Shown: positions 25,376-39,038 of the stretch, in pieces
Layout of the letters: every line of letters begins with the position of its first letter
How positions within the stretch are numbered: the first letter of the stretch is position 1
NCBI GenBank assembly: GCA_012026655.1
Contig: JAAILG010000806.1
Location: 1 to 64,000, forward strand
Direction: 5' to 3'
Length of the DNA: 64,000 bases
From: Hydrolagus affinis
Lineage: Eukaryota
Notes under the pieces: model-generated
Databases searched by the model: none
Seen by the model: only the letters and a program-made list of their open reading frames with translations
Told to the model about the DNA's origin: nothing
Made by a program: the position numbers and the translations under genes

Positions 25376-25789
25376 TTCTGAATTGAACAATTGAAGCAAC
25401 AATGACAACAAAATTACATTTGTTGTTATTTATCTTTCATATTGGGAGGACGTCCCAAGGCGCTGCAGACACAGCAAAGAAAACTTTAACAGATGTTATA
25501 ATTCTCCTGTTTTTTTTACCAATTCTACATTATTATACATATCTGACATTAGAACTTGAGAAACATCTGCCTAATTGCCAAGAGAACATAGAATTCTGCC
25601 TTCAGCAACATACACCTTCTCGTCACTAATTACCTGTGAAATATTGTAATGAGCTAAAGGTTCATGACAGCTATCTGAACATTTTACCAACTTTTACATC
25701 AGCTGTGGTATGCCTTGACTTGCCAACAATGCTAGTTCATGATCATATGAGAGATTTTTTTTTATCATGGTTTAAACATTAAGACCTCC

Positions 25790-26070
25790 ATTGGGGTGAC
25801 CGATGGCATGATCAAAGAGGAGGGTCTTGAGGCAGGATTTGAAGGAGGCAAGGGAGGGGGTGAGCCTGAGGGAATTGTGGGATGGAACTCCAAATGTTGG
25901 GTGCAGAGTGGCTGAAGGCTCGCCCATCGGGGCAGGTGGGTCGGGGATCTTGGAGCAGGCTGGAGCCCACTGAGGGTTCGGACGAGAATGGGGGTGATAG
26001 GTTCATGGAGCCTGGTGTGGGGAGAGGACATGGTCTGCAGAGTTCTCGATGATCTGCAGACTATGGAGGG
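25790..26070 (-). mobile_element. L2 LINE fragment with internal deletions
   Basis: Minus strand encodes LQIIENSA, RAFSHSAPNIWSSIP, FKSCLKTLLFD. Confidence 0.75.
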
Positions 26071-27377
26071 AGCAATTGGAGACCAACAAGCCTTCACAGA
26101 GAAAACAGGAAGCTGTCACAGGGAAAAGTCACAGAAAAGTTAAACTCCAAGTGAAAAGAAAGGTGTTTATAATATAGTACATAAAATTACAAATAATTTT
26201 TGTAATTATAACATGTTTATTAAAATCCTTATCTTACAGACAAAGAAATAACTGTTACGCATACAAATCATACGCATTTGTATTCAGTTAACAAATGAAG
26301 CAGCGTATAACATAATTAAAGTAAGGTTGTTACCATATCAAACATCTGATTACCAGCAAAATTACATGCTGGGATGACAAATGGATTTCTAATACAGTAC
26401 ATAGAAAATGAAATGACTTGCTTTTAAGACCGTGCAGAGCAAAATTGAAGAGAAACCATTACCAAGAAAAGAAACCATTTCAGAAATGTGATTGAGATCC
26501 TTATTATGATTTTTTCACAGGATGTATTGAGTCTAATAAATCCGATTAAATAGAAAGGACAATTTCCTCACGCTAAATGTTAAATGGCAGGAAGAGTAAA
26601 CCTGCTGAGTGGTAAGGTCAAATAAATTACCCTGAGTATTTGTAGAGCACACATTAATTTAATAATATATTATTTTCCCATTAGACAGTTAATCAAATTG
26701 TTTTTCTTTTACAACATGTAACCCAATTCATGCTTCCAACATGACAAAACATTGCAAATTAACATAATACCAGACATAAGGAACATTTTTGTGTTAGTAT
26801 TTACACAACATATGAGCAAGCAAAGAAAGTTCCCTGTTGTATGTAATAGGAATAAGTTGTTTCTATCTTTAAAATATATTTTTTCCTCCTTTAAAGGATT
26901 TTGCTTGTATAAGAAAAGATCATGTAGAAGACAAAATACATTTGAGAGGTACTGTATTTTTCCAGTGCTTACAGCAATTTAAAACAATTTAGAACTCTCT
27001 CTGTATTTATAGTGAGCACAACAAATACATCATTTATATTCACAGGGAGGGTTAGAGCAAATCCTGACCCAGTAATGCACAAAGCAACCCAGAATGTTTT
27101 TGTGAAATTAAACATGACAGCACTTTCTGTGCCAGGGTACGCTACCTTTTCCTCTCACACAGACCCACTGAAGAGAGTAATCTATTTACTTTGCACTGGA
27201 TAGACTGCAGAGCTATTTATACATTCCATGTACAGCACTATCATTTGCATTGTAATATTGTGGTTTATTACAAGGTGCATGCATTGCATTGGCAGCAGTG
27301 CCAAGAAGGTCTTGTCTTCTTGGTCAGTTGGACATTAAAGATCCTATAGCACTATTTGTAAATTAAAAGCATGTCTC

Positions 27378-28457
27378 GTGTGACGTTCCTCAGGGCTCTG
27401 TCCTTGGTCCCCTCCTCTTCACCCTCTACACGCTACCTCTCGGTGACATAATCCGCAGACATGGGGTAAATTTCCACGTGTATGCGGATGACACCCAACT
27501 CTATCTCTGTGCTTCCACCCCCAACCCCAGGATTACCAGCATCCTGACTGCCTGTCTGTCCGACATGAATTCCTGAGTGAGCGACAACTTTCTCCAGCTG
27601 AACGTCGGCAAGACTGAAACCCTCCTGAATGGCTCGCGTCAGTGCCCCTGCACCTCAGGTGCTGGTGGCATTAGCATCCAAGGGTGCCCTCTCCATCTCA
27701 CAAACCCAGTCAGGAACCTGGGTGTCTTGTTTGATCCTGAACTGTCCTTTCTCCTCCCCATCCGCAGCATGACCAGTAGTGCCTTCCACCACCTCTGTAA
27801 CATTGCCAGACTCTGCCACTGCCTCACCCCTCAGGTTGCCAAAACCCTCACACACGCATTTGTCACATCAAGGCTTGACTATGGAAACTCCCTGTTCCTT
27901 GGCCTTCCCAGCTGTTCGCTTCCCGTCTCTGCAGATCATCCAAAATTCTGCAGCTCGTGTTCACTCCCACACCAGGCACCGCGACCCCATCATTCCCACC
28001 CTCACCCGGCTCCATTGGCTCTCCAAACCCCAGAGGATTGAATTCAAGATCCTCATCCTCACATTTAAGGCCATTCACAGCTTGCCACTTCCTACCTCTC
28101 CGAGCTGCTGACTCCCTACCAACCTATCTGCTCCCTACATTCAGCAGACTCTGGTCTGCTTCATGTCTCCCATGTGACCCGCCTTACCATCGGTGGCCGG
28201 GCTTTCAGCTTCTCTGCCCCCGCACTCTGGAACTCCATCTCATAGTCCCTTCACCTCGCTCCCTTCCTCGCCTCCCTCAAGGCCGATCTCAAGACCCTCC
28301 TTTTTGTTCGTGCCTTCTGTCACCCTCCTACCTCTCTCCCTCTCCTCCTACCTACTGTCCTCCCCCATGCTTGGGTCATGACCCCTGACTGTTCAGAGCC
28401 TTGGGACATCCTCCCGAAGTGAAAGTCACCCTTTAAGTGTAATTATGTTGTTGTTGT
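27378..28457 (+). mobile_element. 5'-truncated L2 LINE (RT C-terminal half plus 3' UTR), inactivated
   Basis: Translates as [15 protein letters not shown]...[11 protein letters not shown]...NFLQLNVGKTE...VRNLGVLFD...[12 protein letters not shown]...HWLSKPQRIEFKIL; in-frame TGA and frameshifts; ends in L2 stem-loop and (ttg)n. Confidence 0.92.
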
Positions 28458-28765
28458 ATTTGCAGGCAAATATGGTAGCTAATTTTGCACGCACCAATAT
28501 CCCAAAACCCGCCATTAAATTAATGAATTAATTTTATTTGGAGGGTTGTCAGTCAGGACACCAGGAGAAACTCTCTCCTCTTTTCAAATAGTGTCCTGGG
28601 ATGTTTAATGATCCCAGGACACTATTTGAACAGGCTGCCTGAACAGGCAGACAGAACCTCAGTTTAACATCTCACCTGAAGAACGGTACAGGTAGAAGTC
28701 TAATCAAGCTGACACTCCAATGCAACATTCCCCTGCACTGCGTTGGAGTGTCAGTTTGATTGGAC
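28458..28765 (-). mobile_element. SacSINE/DeuSINE-like relic containing two hairpins
   Basis: gtagctaattttgcac, gtcaggacaccaggagaaactctctcctcttttcaaatagtg, ctcagtttaacatctcacctgaaga are SINE-body segments also seen at 33590-33910 and 51190-51420. Confidence 0.6.
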
Positions 28766-29879
28766 ATCACTTAGTGGTTATGAGAAATCTGTCTGAGTTG
28801 CCTTGCTCCTTTCATTACATTTATATATTCAGATCCGATATTGTTCTTGCCTTGGACTACAATAGATGCATTTTCTCTCTTTAATCTTTTCATTGATTTG
28901 GACATAAAAGAGACTTGCGAAAACAAACATCGCTCCAACTGGCTTACTCATATTGAGCCAGAGATATAGCTAATAAGCTTATAACAAAGTTCATTTTGTG
29001 GTCAGCATGAACACATAAATACATACAGGGTAGTTGAGAATGTTGAAAATCAATACAAAAATGTATGCTCAAATAAATATTGGAAGGAAGAATTGCAGAG
29101 CTAGTGACTATTCAAGCAACTAATTCATTAAGAACACGTTTAGATTGAGGATACCAGGTATTGTCCACATCTCCCATCCTTTGAACCATACACTGAGACA
29201 GTGAACAAAGCACACAGGATAGTTGATGGATCATTAAATATTTATATGTTGTCTAGTATTATTTGTTTGCCATGAATAGATCTTATGGGCTGGACCCATA
29301 CATTCTCCCCAGACTGAAAAAACAGGAACAAATGTTTACAGATTTCACTGGAGATTCAAATGTTTTGTTCTCCCCTCATATGATAACACAGTATCTTCAG
29401 AAGAACATTACCAGCAAAAATCTGTAAAGTCTGAACATAATTCTGACTCATGATCTACTTAACAATCCATTCTTGAATAAAATATGGGTCTAGCAAACAA
29501 TATGATCAATATGTTGGTCCTCTTTCACTCAGTCATTCTCAGTCACTTCCCCTGGAAAGAATGTGTGATCAATAGTAGATGCCTGGATCAGTACAGGAAT
29601 ACCGTCTATACCGTCAGTACAGGAATACCATTCAATGCCTAGAACATATATTGAACCATGAACTTTGTTATATGTTTATTAGATATTTCTATCACTAAAT
29701 ATGAGTGAGTCACTGGAAACAATGTTCCCGCTGTATAAATACACCTTCCTTCAGTGTAACCTTGCTTTCTTATCAGGACTAAAAGTTCTTATCAGGTTGT
29801 ACCAAAGATGTTATATCTGCAACTTCTTGTTAAAACTATCTTGTTTTGGATCCGAATGTGCCTCCACCAATTGCCTATA

Positions 29880-30118
29880 CAGATAGACCTTGCTTAACAT
29901 TGCTTTGGTCAACATTGTTTCGTTGTTACATCGTTGATACATAGGGAACATATATTAATTTAACGTTGCGATGTCCGCTATTACGTCGTTTGCGCGGGTG
30001 GAAACAAACTACTTTGGGTAGTGTAGGCATACATAGACGCTGAACGTCCGGTATTCTTGCGCTGGTTAAAGTCGCACTTTCTGCAAAAACAAATGCAACT
30101 TTAATCGAGGACTAAGTG
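29880..30118. mobile_element. Tigger/mariner-like MITE
   Basis: TA flanks on both sides; left CAGATAGACCTTGCTTAACATTGC versus reverse complement of right end CACTTAGTCCTCGATTAAAGTTGC; CpG-richer than flanks. Confidence 0.55.
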
Positions 30119-30391
30119 TACTGTATTCATTGCTTGAATAGATTGCAAACATCTGCATTATACAGACAAATATGGTACTGAGTTCCTTCCACTCACTATT
30201 GACCTCCCACGACCATTCTGACCTGACAATCTAGAATCCTGGACTGTTTAAACTAAGCCCAACAGAATGGTATCTCACTTTCTTTTTGAACACTTTTCTG
30301 ACTGCATGCTTGAACATTAGTGGCCACTTTATGTATACAGCCAGTAAGATTGAGGCCCCCTTGTTTGGTTTGTGCCAGCGACTTCACATCT

Positions 30392-31176
30392 CATAAGAAC
30401 ATAAGAGGAGTAGGCCATTTGGCCCCTCGAGCCTGACCTGCCATTTAATAAGATCATGGCTGATCTTCTAACCTAATTCCGCTTATTCGCCCTATCCCCA
30501 TATTCCTTAATCCCTCTATCCTTTAGAAATCTATCAATCTCAGTATTGAATATGTTCAAGGACTGAGCATCCACAACCTTCTGGGGTAGAGAATTCCATA
30601 AATTCACTACCCTCTGAGTGAAAAAATGTTTCCTCAACTCTGTTCAAAAAGGCTGAGCCTTAATCTTGAGACTATGACTCATAGTTTTAGAATCTACAAC
30701 CAGGAGAAACAGTCTCACACTGTCTCTTCTGTCAAGCCCCTTAAGAATCTTATAGATTTCCATAAGATCACCTCTAATTCCTCTATATTCTAGAGAATAT
30801 AGGCCTAGTTTACTCAACTTGTCTTCATATGTCAACCCCCTCATCCCAGGAACCAACCTAGTAAATATACACTGCACCCCCTCTAAGGCGAGTATGTCCT
30901 TTCTTAAATAAGGAAACCAAAACTGCACATGACATTCTAGGTGCAGTCTCTCCAAGGCCCTATACAATTACAGCAAGACTTCCCAACTCTTGTACTCTAA
31001 TTCTTTTGCAATGAACACCAATATGCCATTAGCCTTCCTAGTTGCTTGCTGTCCCTGCATACTAACTTTTTGTGACTGGTGCACAAGGACACCCAAATCA
31101 CTCTGAATACCAACACAACCTAGTCTCTCTCCCTCTAGAAAATAATCTACCTTTTGTATTTTTACTGCCTAAGTGA
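30392..31176 (-). mobile_element. CR1 LINE 3' portion (ORF2 C-terminus plus 3' UTR)
   Basis: ORF 30644..30967(-) YRALERLHLECHVQFWFPYLRKDILALEGVQCIFTRLVPGMRGLTYEDKLSKLGLYSLE..RGDLMEIYKIL is the typical CR1 ORF2 tail; 8-bp terminal repeat cataagaa. Confidence 0.92.
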
Positions 31177-31650
31177 ACCCATCTCCCCCATTCTCGCCTG
31201 ATTCCATTGGCTCCTCATCATTAAGAGGATTCAAGATTCTGGTCCTCAGCTTTAAAGTCCATCATGGCCTTACCCAGTCTCACACTGCGGCCTCCTAACC
31301 TACTACCAATCTGTCCACTCCCTCTGCTCAGCTGGCTCCGGCCTGCTCCATGTCACTTGATTCACCTACGTCACCATTGATGGGGGAACCTTCAGCCACT
31401 CTGCTCCCAACCTCTGGAATTCTTTCCCATAATCCCTCCGCCTCGTCCCCCCCCTAGCCTCCTTCAAGTCCCATCTCAAGACCCTTCTTTTCTACAATGC
31501 CATGGGTCACTCTGGTTCCCTCCCTTGCCTCCATCTTCTCTGATCCCGACCCCAGCTTGGGTCTGAAACACTGTCTGTCCAGCACCTTAGGATGTCGTCC
31601 TGACATGAAAGGCGCTATACAAATGTAATTTTGTTGTTGTTGTTGTTGTT
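31177..31650 (+). mobile_element. L2 LINE 3' fragment
   Basis: ccattggctcc, ttcaagattctggtcctc, aacctctggaattct, ending gacatgaaaggcgctatacaaatgtaatt(ttg)n. Confidence 0.85.
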
Positions 31651-33209
31651 TTAAATTGCTCCATTTACACTTTTGGAATAAATTAACTGTGGAAGACATT
31701 AAAATACCTTGTTCCAAAATTTTATTTATCGTGGATTGAGGAGACATCTGTAAATGTGCAACACAGAAGTATTAATACAACTTAATTCATATCGCAATGG
31801 TTGCAAATCGATCTTCTAGCAAAACCACTTACAGTGATTCGAGCCCTTTGTTCATTAATGCCAACAAAGTTTCGCCCTGTTCCTATCATGCGATTTTTTT
31901 TTATATTCTTGTGTGCTAAAATCTATTTCTCCTTTTAGCTTGACACATGTAATAAAGATTCGAGCGTTTCAAAGAAAGCACTCGCTCTGATTTCTCAACC
32001 ACCTGGGGAAAGGGAATGAGAATATGATGGATGCAGAAAGTGTAAATTTCAACTCAGCAGTGAAGGATCGAGGACTTCTGCTCCACAGAGCTCAGTAGGT
32101 TGTCAGAGCAAAGAACTGCTATTGACAAACAGCAAGTCAAGAGGATTTGATATTCCACTTCTTTTTTTTCTCTGATGGATTAAATAAGGCTCACAAATAC
32201 AGTAAATGTTCAGTGAATAATAAAATATCAATGCCAAAACATACTATCTGCTGGAGGATGAGCTTTTTTGTGGCATTGGAGGAATACTTAATTGAAAGCA
32301 CATCTCAAAACAAATACATCTTTAAATGACTCCATATTGTGAACGTTCAGAGTTAGTTAAGAGAGAAACCAGCTGTTCTGTAGATTTATGTGACAATTTC
32401 CTTTTTATTTTACTCCTATATCATCTTCATTGAGCTCATTAAAGAATTATCGTGGCTATATTCTTGGGCACAGTTTCAAACTACCAGTAGTATTTAGCAG
32501 GCATTCACAAAACCTAAAGTTTAGATCCTGGAAATAATTATCAGTATCTTAATGCTAGCTGATTCTTCCATTGTGGAACAGTGCCTGTGACCTTGTGACA
32601 TCTGGACAGCACTAGAATGAATGATCTGCAGATCTGATAACTTTCTTATTAGAATGCAAATCAATACTACAACGAACAAAAGGCAGACAAGGACAGCACT
32701 GGTGAGACCTTTTAATGAGATGTTTCGGATCTGCCCACAGTCATTAAAACTAAGGGTTTTATTTTCTGTTCAGGATTAACATTGGCAGTCACACTCTTTG
32801 TCTATCTTTCTTGCGATATATGCTGTACTAGAAAATTTTGTTAAGGCGGGCAAGGCTGAGAACTGTATTCTGTGGGCACTGAGACACCCTATTTATATCA
32901 TTTAAAAGGGACCGGAAATAATACTAGGGTACTCTTAGATCGAGTACACTCATTTACATACAACGTGCATAGAAAATTGTATTACAGCCTAACTAAAGGT
33001 GACTCAAACATTCAGGAGCATTTCACTTTGATAATTCACATTTTCAAATATACTTGCATTATCAATGCTTATATAATGTTATTCACCCTACAAAAGCACT
33101 TTATGGGAGGCTTACCAAGAAAATATAATATAAAATAAAAAAATAGTTTAGGTGTTTAGGTGCTCTTTAAATAGGTTTGTACAGTAAACCTCACATAAAT
33201 TGGGACCAG

Positions 33210-33520
33210 TTGAGAACACACTTTGCTGCAGTCAGTTCCTCTACCACACCAAGCTCCACAAACCTATCATGCTCAACCTCGCCTGACTCCATTAGCTCCC
33301 CATCACACAAAGGATTCAATTCAAGATGCTGGTCCTCACCTTCAAAGTGCTCTATGGCCTTGCCCCACATTACCTCTGCGACCTCCTAACCCCCAACCAA
33401 CCTGTCCGTTCCCTCTGTTTAGCGGGCTCCGGCCTGCTCCTTGTGCTCTAACTGTTGGTGGGCAAGCCTTCAGCCTCTCTACCCCCAATCTTTGGCGTAC
33501 CATCCCACAAACAACTCCAC
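33210..33520 (+). mobile_element. L2 LINE fragment
   Basis: aggattcaattcaagatgctggtcctcaccttcaaag and VGGQAFSLSTPNLW. Confidence 0.75.
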
Positions 33521-33589
33521 CTCGACTAAATTCAGTAATACTTCAGACACCAGGATAAATATCAGAATTATTAGATTTATCCCACCCTT

Positions 33590-33908
33590 AATTGTGGCAG
33601 CTTGGCTCAGTTGTCAGTATTATCCCCTCTGTATCACCTCCAATGTGCTACCAATGTTTAGAGATGCCCATGGGCTAATCTGCCTGTTCTGTTAGACATT
33701 AAAGATCCCAGAGTGCTATCTGAAAACAGGGAGTTTCTGGCAATTTCCGCAAATAAAATCGGTTATTCAAATCATGGCTGTTCATTGCTTTGTGCAAATT
33801 GGCAGCCAGATTCACGCACAAAATACCGCCCTCCACTTTATAGTATATTCTGCAAAGAGTACCCTGCTTTAAGATGTCCACCTGACAAAATAAATGCAAT
33901 TTGTTATT
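33590..33908 (+). mobile_element. SacSINE/DeuSINE-like element
   Basis: ggctcagttg A-box-like start, ctgcctgttctgttagacattaaagatccca, gtgcaaattggcagcc core, L2-like tail. Confidence 0.55.
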
Positions 33909-33974
33909 GAGTAGAAGGGCTCAATTTCAAATATAATTATTAATTATAATTATCATATATAAAGATTATTACTA

Positions 33975-34147
33975 CAGTAAACCTCATATAAGTCGTATTA
34001 GTTGGGACCATACACTTAATGCGACTTATGCAAAATCTGAGTTATGTCAAATTTGCTTAAAATATAAATTCGTGAATTGGAACTTGTGCAGATGTTCAAC
34101 TTTGGTGTGTATACGATTTATACACAACAGATTTATGCGAGTTTTAC
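33975..34147. mobile_element. Tigger-like MITE, right TIR cut by an L2 tail
   Basis: TA|CAGTAAACCTCATATAAGTC versus right GATTTATGCGAGTTTTAC; a second left end of this family is at about 33182. Confidence 0.55.
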
Positions 34148-34310
34148 AACAACAACAACAACAACAACAGCAATTTGGATTCATGTAGCACCCTCCACAC
34201 CATCTGGCGTCTCAGAGCGCTTCACACTAGCGGAGCTCGAGATTGAGCCAGGGAGAGGGGGAAGGTGACCAGAGGCATGATCAAACAGAAAGGTCTTAAG
34301 GCGCAAGCTG
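34147..34310 (-). mobile_element. L2 3' end (subfamily B tail)
   Basis: (CAA)n, ccctccacaccatctggcgtctcagagcgcttcac, LKTFLFD on the minus strand. Confidence 0.8.
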
Positions 34311-37134
34311 AAAATGGAAAAGGAACAGGTGAGGCGTATATTCAAATAATTCAGTCCTTTCACAAAGTAATGGATGCTGTGCCTGATCCCTGTGGTTTTC
34401 TAAATGCAACCAAAATCTTATTGATGAGGTTCCATATTGAAAAGCGATATCTGGATTTTGGCAAACCTTAAGTGTTGTTCAAAATAGATTTAGTTAGATA
34501 AGTTACATTATTACAGAGCAAGCAGACAGGCATCCCAGAGAATAGAGTGCAATTTGCAGTGATTTCTAACAGGTTTCTTTACTAAGGAAACTGGAAGTAC
34601 GTCACACCAACATTTAGCAACTCCACTCGGAAATACTTTGCTTCTGGAGTCAATTTGACCAGTTACCATGATGTCTTTGTGATTACATGGAGTTCTCACT
34701 CGGTACCTTAGAAATTGCCAACCAAGTTATCCTTCATGGTTTATGCTTATGCAAAGCCAACAATTGTAGTCATTGTAAAATCATCCATAATTTGCATGTT
34801 TTTGTTTAAAAGATTTATGATGTAACTTTTAAGATCTTTTACATTTTTCACTGCCTGCCATATCCAGAACATTCCATGCACTATAACTAGACTGTCGGGC
34901 ACAAAAAGAACACTTGTGTACTGTACTCCACTTCAGTTGCTTTCAAACACACTGCCTTCCAACTGCACCACATTGCTTTCAATCATTGAGTTTCAACCAA
35001 TGAACTTGGCACAGAAGAGCAATGCATTATTTTAAGAACTAGATATTAAACAGACATTAACACAGCCACGTCACAATCACTTATGCTTTCAGACATTTGT
35101 ATGCTGGCTTTAGCTTTTGACAGCACGCAGGAACATGGGAGAGGGGAATCAGTTGCTGAAAGCTGTTTGCATCTACGCAAACTGTCTTCACTCTGTGCCA
35201 CCAAACATCTATCCCATAGCATCTGAATCTTTTTGTTCCATTTGCTACATTCAGTCCATTCTACATGTCACATATAATTTATTTCAACAGCTACATCTGC
35301 CTTGTTCCACTTGCCACATCCAAACTGTTCTGTCTGAAGTCTTTTCTGGCAAGTGTAAATTAACAGTCTGCAAAAAATTAACTTATTTCAACACCTGTGG
35401 TATTTGAAGGTCACCCAGCCTTTCTCTCACACAGTGTGTCATTTTATAGTAATGTATAGTTTGTTGCATAAAACAAGATACATGTTTGCATGCGCCCAGC
35501 ATAAATTGTGGATATTTCCCTCAATCGGCTTGCATAGATTTGTATCCTGAACCGGGATTGCAGCACAAAGGCCAATCCAATCCTGGTTCAATATGAAAAA
35601 AAACAGGACTCAATGAAACCACCTTTCCATTCACCTTCAGTAGTGACCTTTGGTGCTTTTTTTTCTGTCTGTCTGCATTGTTTTCTCAATTTTATGTTAT
35701 TCATGAATCAATTCTCTCTGCCCTCTTCAAGGATGAGCAACCTGCACAGCGACAAGTTAAATGATTGTACATGACGGATTCTTTTTTTATTTGAAGGAGG
35801 GTAATCCAATTTACGAATAAAATATACAACACGTCAACCCAAGCAGGTTCCAATTTACCAATATCTTGGGATTTGAAGCTATGGTTTAAAGACTGAAAGT
35901 GCAAACAAAACATCACTCCAGGGATCTTCCTTAAACACCAATCATCTTAGATTAAAGAAAAAAATTTGGGGTTTGCAAAATATCAAAGTACAGCACTGGT
36001 ATAAAGTTAAAAATGCTTCTTTGAAAATTGTTGAGACTTTGTCTACTTGGAATCATGATGGACAAAATTATTGCATCATAAAACATATAGATCAAGGTGT
36101 TATAAATTGAAAAGCGGGTCTATGCTGAGTTACATTACTACTATGCTGGGGACAACAAATCAGCTAGCGTTTCCAAGAACTCAAGTCGGGTAAATAATGT
36201 AATGATTTGGAATTGTCTGTGATCATAGATGTTCTTTGAAGAGAGAAAAAACGCATCACAATTTTGAGGCAATTTTGAATGGGAGCACACTTTAGTTCCA
36301 AAAAGGGTTCATGGGACCTTCTGCTTTTCAAAGAGTCACTGTTCGATCAAAGGGATAATTCAGTTTATGAATACAATCTGGAAAATATTGATTTACGCCT
36401 GCTAACAACACAGCAAACTCCAGGATTTTCTATGTTTCACTGTAAGTGCTTTAGAAAAAATTAGTTATTCAGACTTTGGAAGAAAAAGAAACCAACGAGC
36501 TCATAAGAAAGGATTTCAGACATACGGATGATCCTTATGTTAAGGACTGCAGTTTCCCTTTGAGAGCCGGTATGAAAGTTATTTTATTGATGGTTATGTG
36601 TTTTTAAGCATTCATAAAGGCTTTTTGCCACATATATCATTCACACCAAATAGAGTACTGACTGATAAAATTAGAAAGGTTAAATTCCCGATAGAGTTTT
36701 ACGAAGATGGGAAGCTGCAGTCAGTTTCACTGGCTCAATCTTATATTTAACCTATTTTAATATAAGGTCACAGATTTGGGAATATCTGACTTTTTTAAAA
36801 AAATCTTTTTTATTCATATTTTGATTTTTACTGGAGTAAATTGGTGTTGGAGAAAACGGTTCCATTGTCCTAACACCTTCTGTCATTTTCTCTTGGCACA
36901 CATGTTCAAGTCGTTTTCATTAGAATATAATATCATACGGAAGCGCTCAAAATTGAGCAAAATATCCGTCTCAAGGTAATACATATATTATAAATCAGAA
37001 TCTCAATGAATATTCACCAAGACCCCTCCCCCCCCCCACCACCAAATAAGCTTTAATAAGTTTAAATAATTCTGTATTCAGGAGGTGAAGCCCAATACCA
37101 TCAATTGCTTTGAAAAAATGTGCAATATAATTTG

Positions 37135-37312
37135 CAAGATCTTCCTCCTCGACCGTGCCTTCTGCTGCCCTTCTAACTCCCCACTCCACTTTCCTACTCT
37201 CCTTCCCCCTACCCCTACACCGACCCTTCCCGCCTGCTCGGGTCCCGACCTAACTGTTGAGCGCCTTGGGACGTCCTCCCGACATGAAAGGTGCTCAATG
37301 AATGTCATTTTG
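37135..37312 (+). mobile_element. L2 3' end (subfamily A)
   Basis: ctcgaccgtgccttctg, C-rich UTR, gagcgccttgggacgtcctcccgacatgaaaggtgct. Confidence 0.85.
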
Positions 37313-38261
37313 TGAATAAATGTTGCTGTTGCAATACAATTCATTTATATGGCACATTTTCACATCCTAAAATGCTTCAAGAATTGCAAAAACAAAACGC
37401 AAGGAAGGCCTAATCATTTTGCCACTATCATCACTTTTGCCAATTGTATCACTTGGACTAAAAGCGCAAAGATAATCACAGTTTTTATTTTCTGTCAAAA
37501 CATCATCCTCTGGAATGGAACAGAAAGTTATCTTTTTCACGTTAAATGTTGTCACAATGGCAATTGAACGTTTGAAATTGATTTTGTTTCTGTCAATATT
37601 CAGCAAATGCTATCGACCCCAGTAGCTCAAGCTGAACAGGTAGATAGTGGTTTAAGCATGCAACAGTTGTTACAAGAAATTGTAATCAGGACTTCAATTT
37701 ACCAGACGTAAAAGTAGTTCAACCAGCGATAACCAACAGGAAAAGGTAAATGTAGAAACAATTTCCAAGAGGAAATCAGTAACTGCTCCTTAATTCAACA
37801 GTAGCAGCAGAGTAGCAGATTAGATTTTAGATTTAGTGCTTACCTGCCCATTCCGAATGATTAGGATTTCAGTTATTGTCATATTATTAGACATGATATT
37901 ATATTAAAGTTAAATGCCAAAAATTATATAGAGCTGCGAATTAGTAATGCAACCTTTAGAGCTTTGAGAAGAACTCCAGGAAAGATTAAGGAAATTTAAT
38001 AAATGTATAATTATTTTAAAGAAGGTTTAAGGCATGTGAAAACAAACTACAAACCCAAATACTTGCCAGGAAAGCTTAATATTAAACAGAAATATATTTA
38101 AAAAAAGATAAAGAGTAGTTAGGACTGTTTCCTATAAATAGGACAGTTAAAATTACTTAAAATAAATATTGGAAAAGGTAAGCGTGTAAGAGGAAAGAAC
38201 AGATTGTGGGGATCAGCAAAAAAGAATGTGAAGAAATTCAAAGATGACTTATTGTAAGAAT

Positions 38262-39003
38262 AAACAATAACAGCAAAATTACATTTATAGAGCACGTTTC
38301 ACGTCGGGAGGACGTCCCAAGGCACTCAACAGTCAGGTCGGGACCCAAGCAAGGAAGAGGGGAAGAGGGGCAGGGTAGGGGGGAGGGGCGGGGCAGAGTT
38401 AGGAGGGCAGTAGAAGGCACGGTCGAAGAGGAGAGTCTTGAGACCAGCCTTGAAGGAGGCAAGGGAGGGAGCGAGGCGAAGGGACTGTGAGATGGAGTTC
38501 CAGAGTGTGGGGGCAGAGAGGCTGAAAGCCCGTTCGCCGATGGCAGGGCGAGCCATGAATGGCCTTGAAGATGAGGACAAGAATCTTGAATTCGATCCTC
38601 TGGGGGATGGGGAGCCAATGGAGCCGGGCAAGGTTGGGAGTGATGTGGTCATGGAGCTTGGTGCGGGTGAGGACATAAGCTGCAGAGTTCTGGATGATCT
38701 GCAGCTTGTGAAGGGAAGAACCAGGAAGGCCGATGAGGAAGGAGTTTCCATAGTCGAGCCTTGGATGTGATGAATGCATGGACAAGGGTTTCGGCAGCCT
38801 GAGCGGTGAGGCAATGGCAGAGTCTGGTGATGTTGCGAAGATGGTGGAAGGCAGTACTGGTCATGGCGTGGATCTGGGGGAGGAAGGACAGTTCAGGGTT
38901 GAACAAGACGCCCAGGTTCCTGACTAGCTTAGGAAGGTGGAAAGCGCAGCCTTGGATGATGATTGTGTCAGCACCTGAGGTGCAGAGGCGCTGACGTGAA
39001 CCA
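38262..39003 (-). mobile_element. 5'-truncated L2 LINE (subfamily A)
   Basis: RNLGVLFNPELSF, RLDYGNSFLIGLP, LQIIQNSAA, LHWLPIPQRIEFKIL, LWNSISQSLR, FKAGLKTLLFD; closely related to 27378-28457. Confidence 0.92.
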
Positions 39004-39038
39004 ATTAATATGTGGGATGTTTATCCCCATTAGTAAAT

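Noticed and set aside
37838-37900. Strong minus-strand donor CAG|GTAAGC with short upstream ATG frame
   Set aside because: That frame is phase 0, incompatible with the phase-1 acceptor at 24710; no signal peptide.
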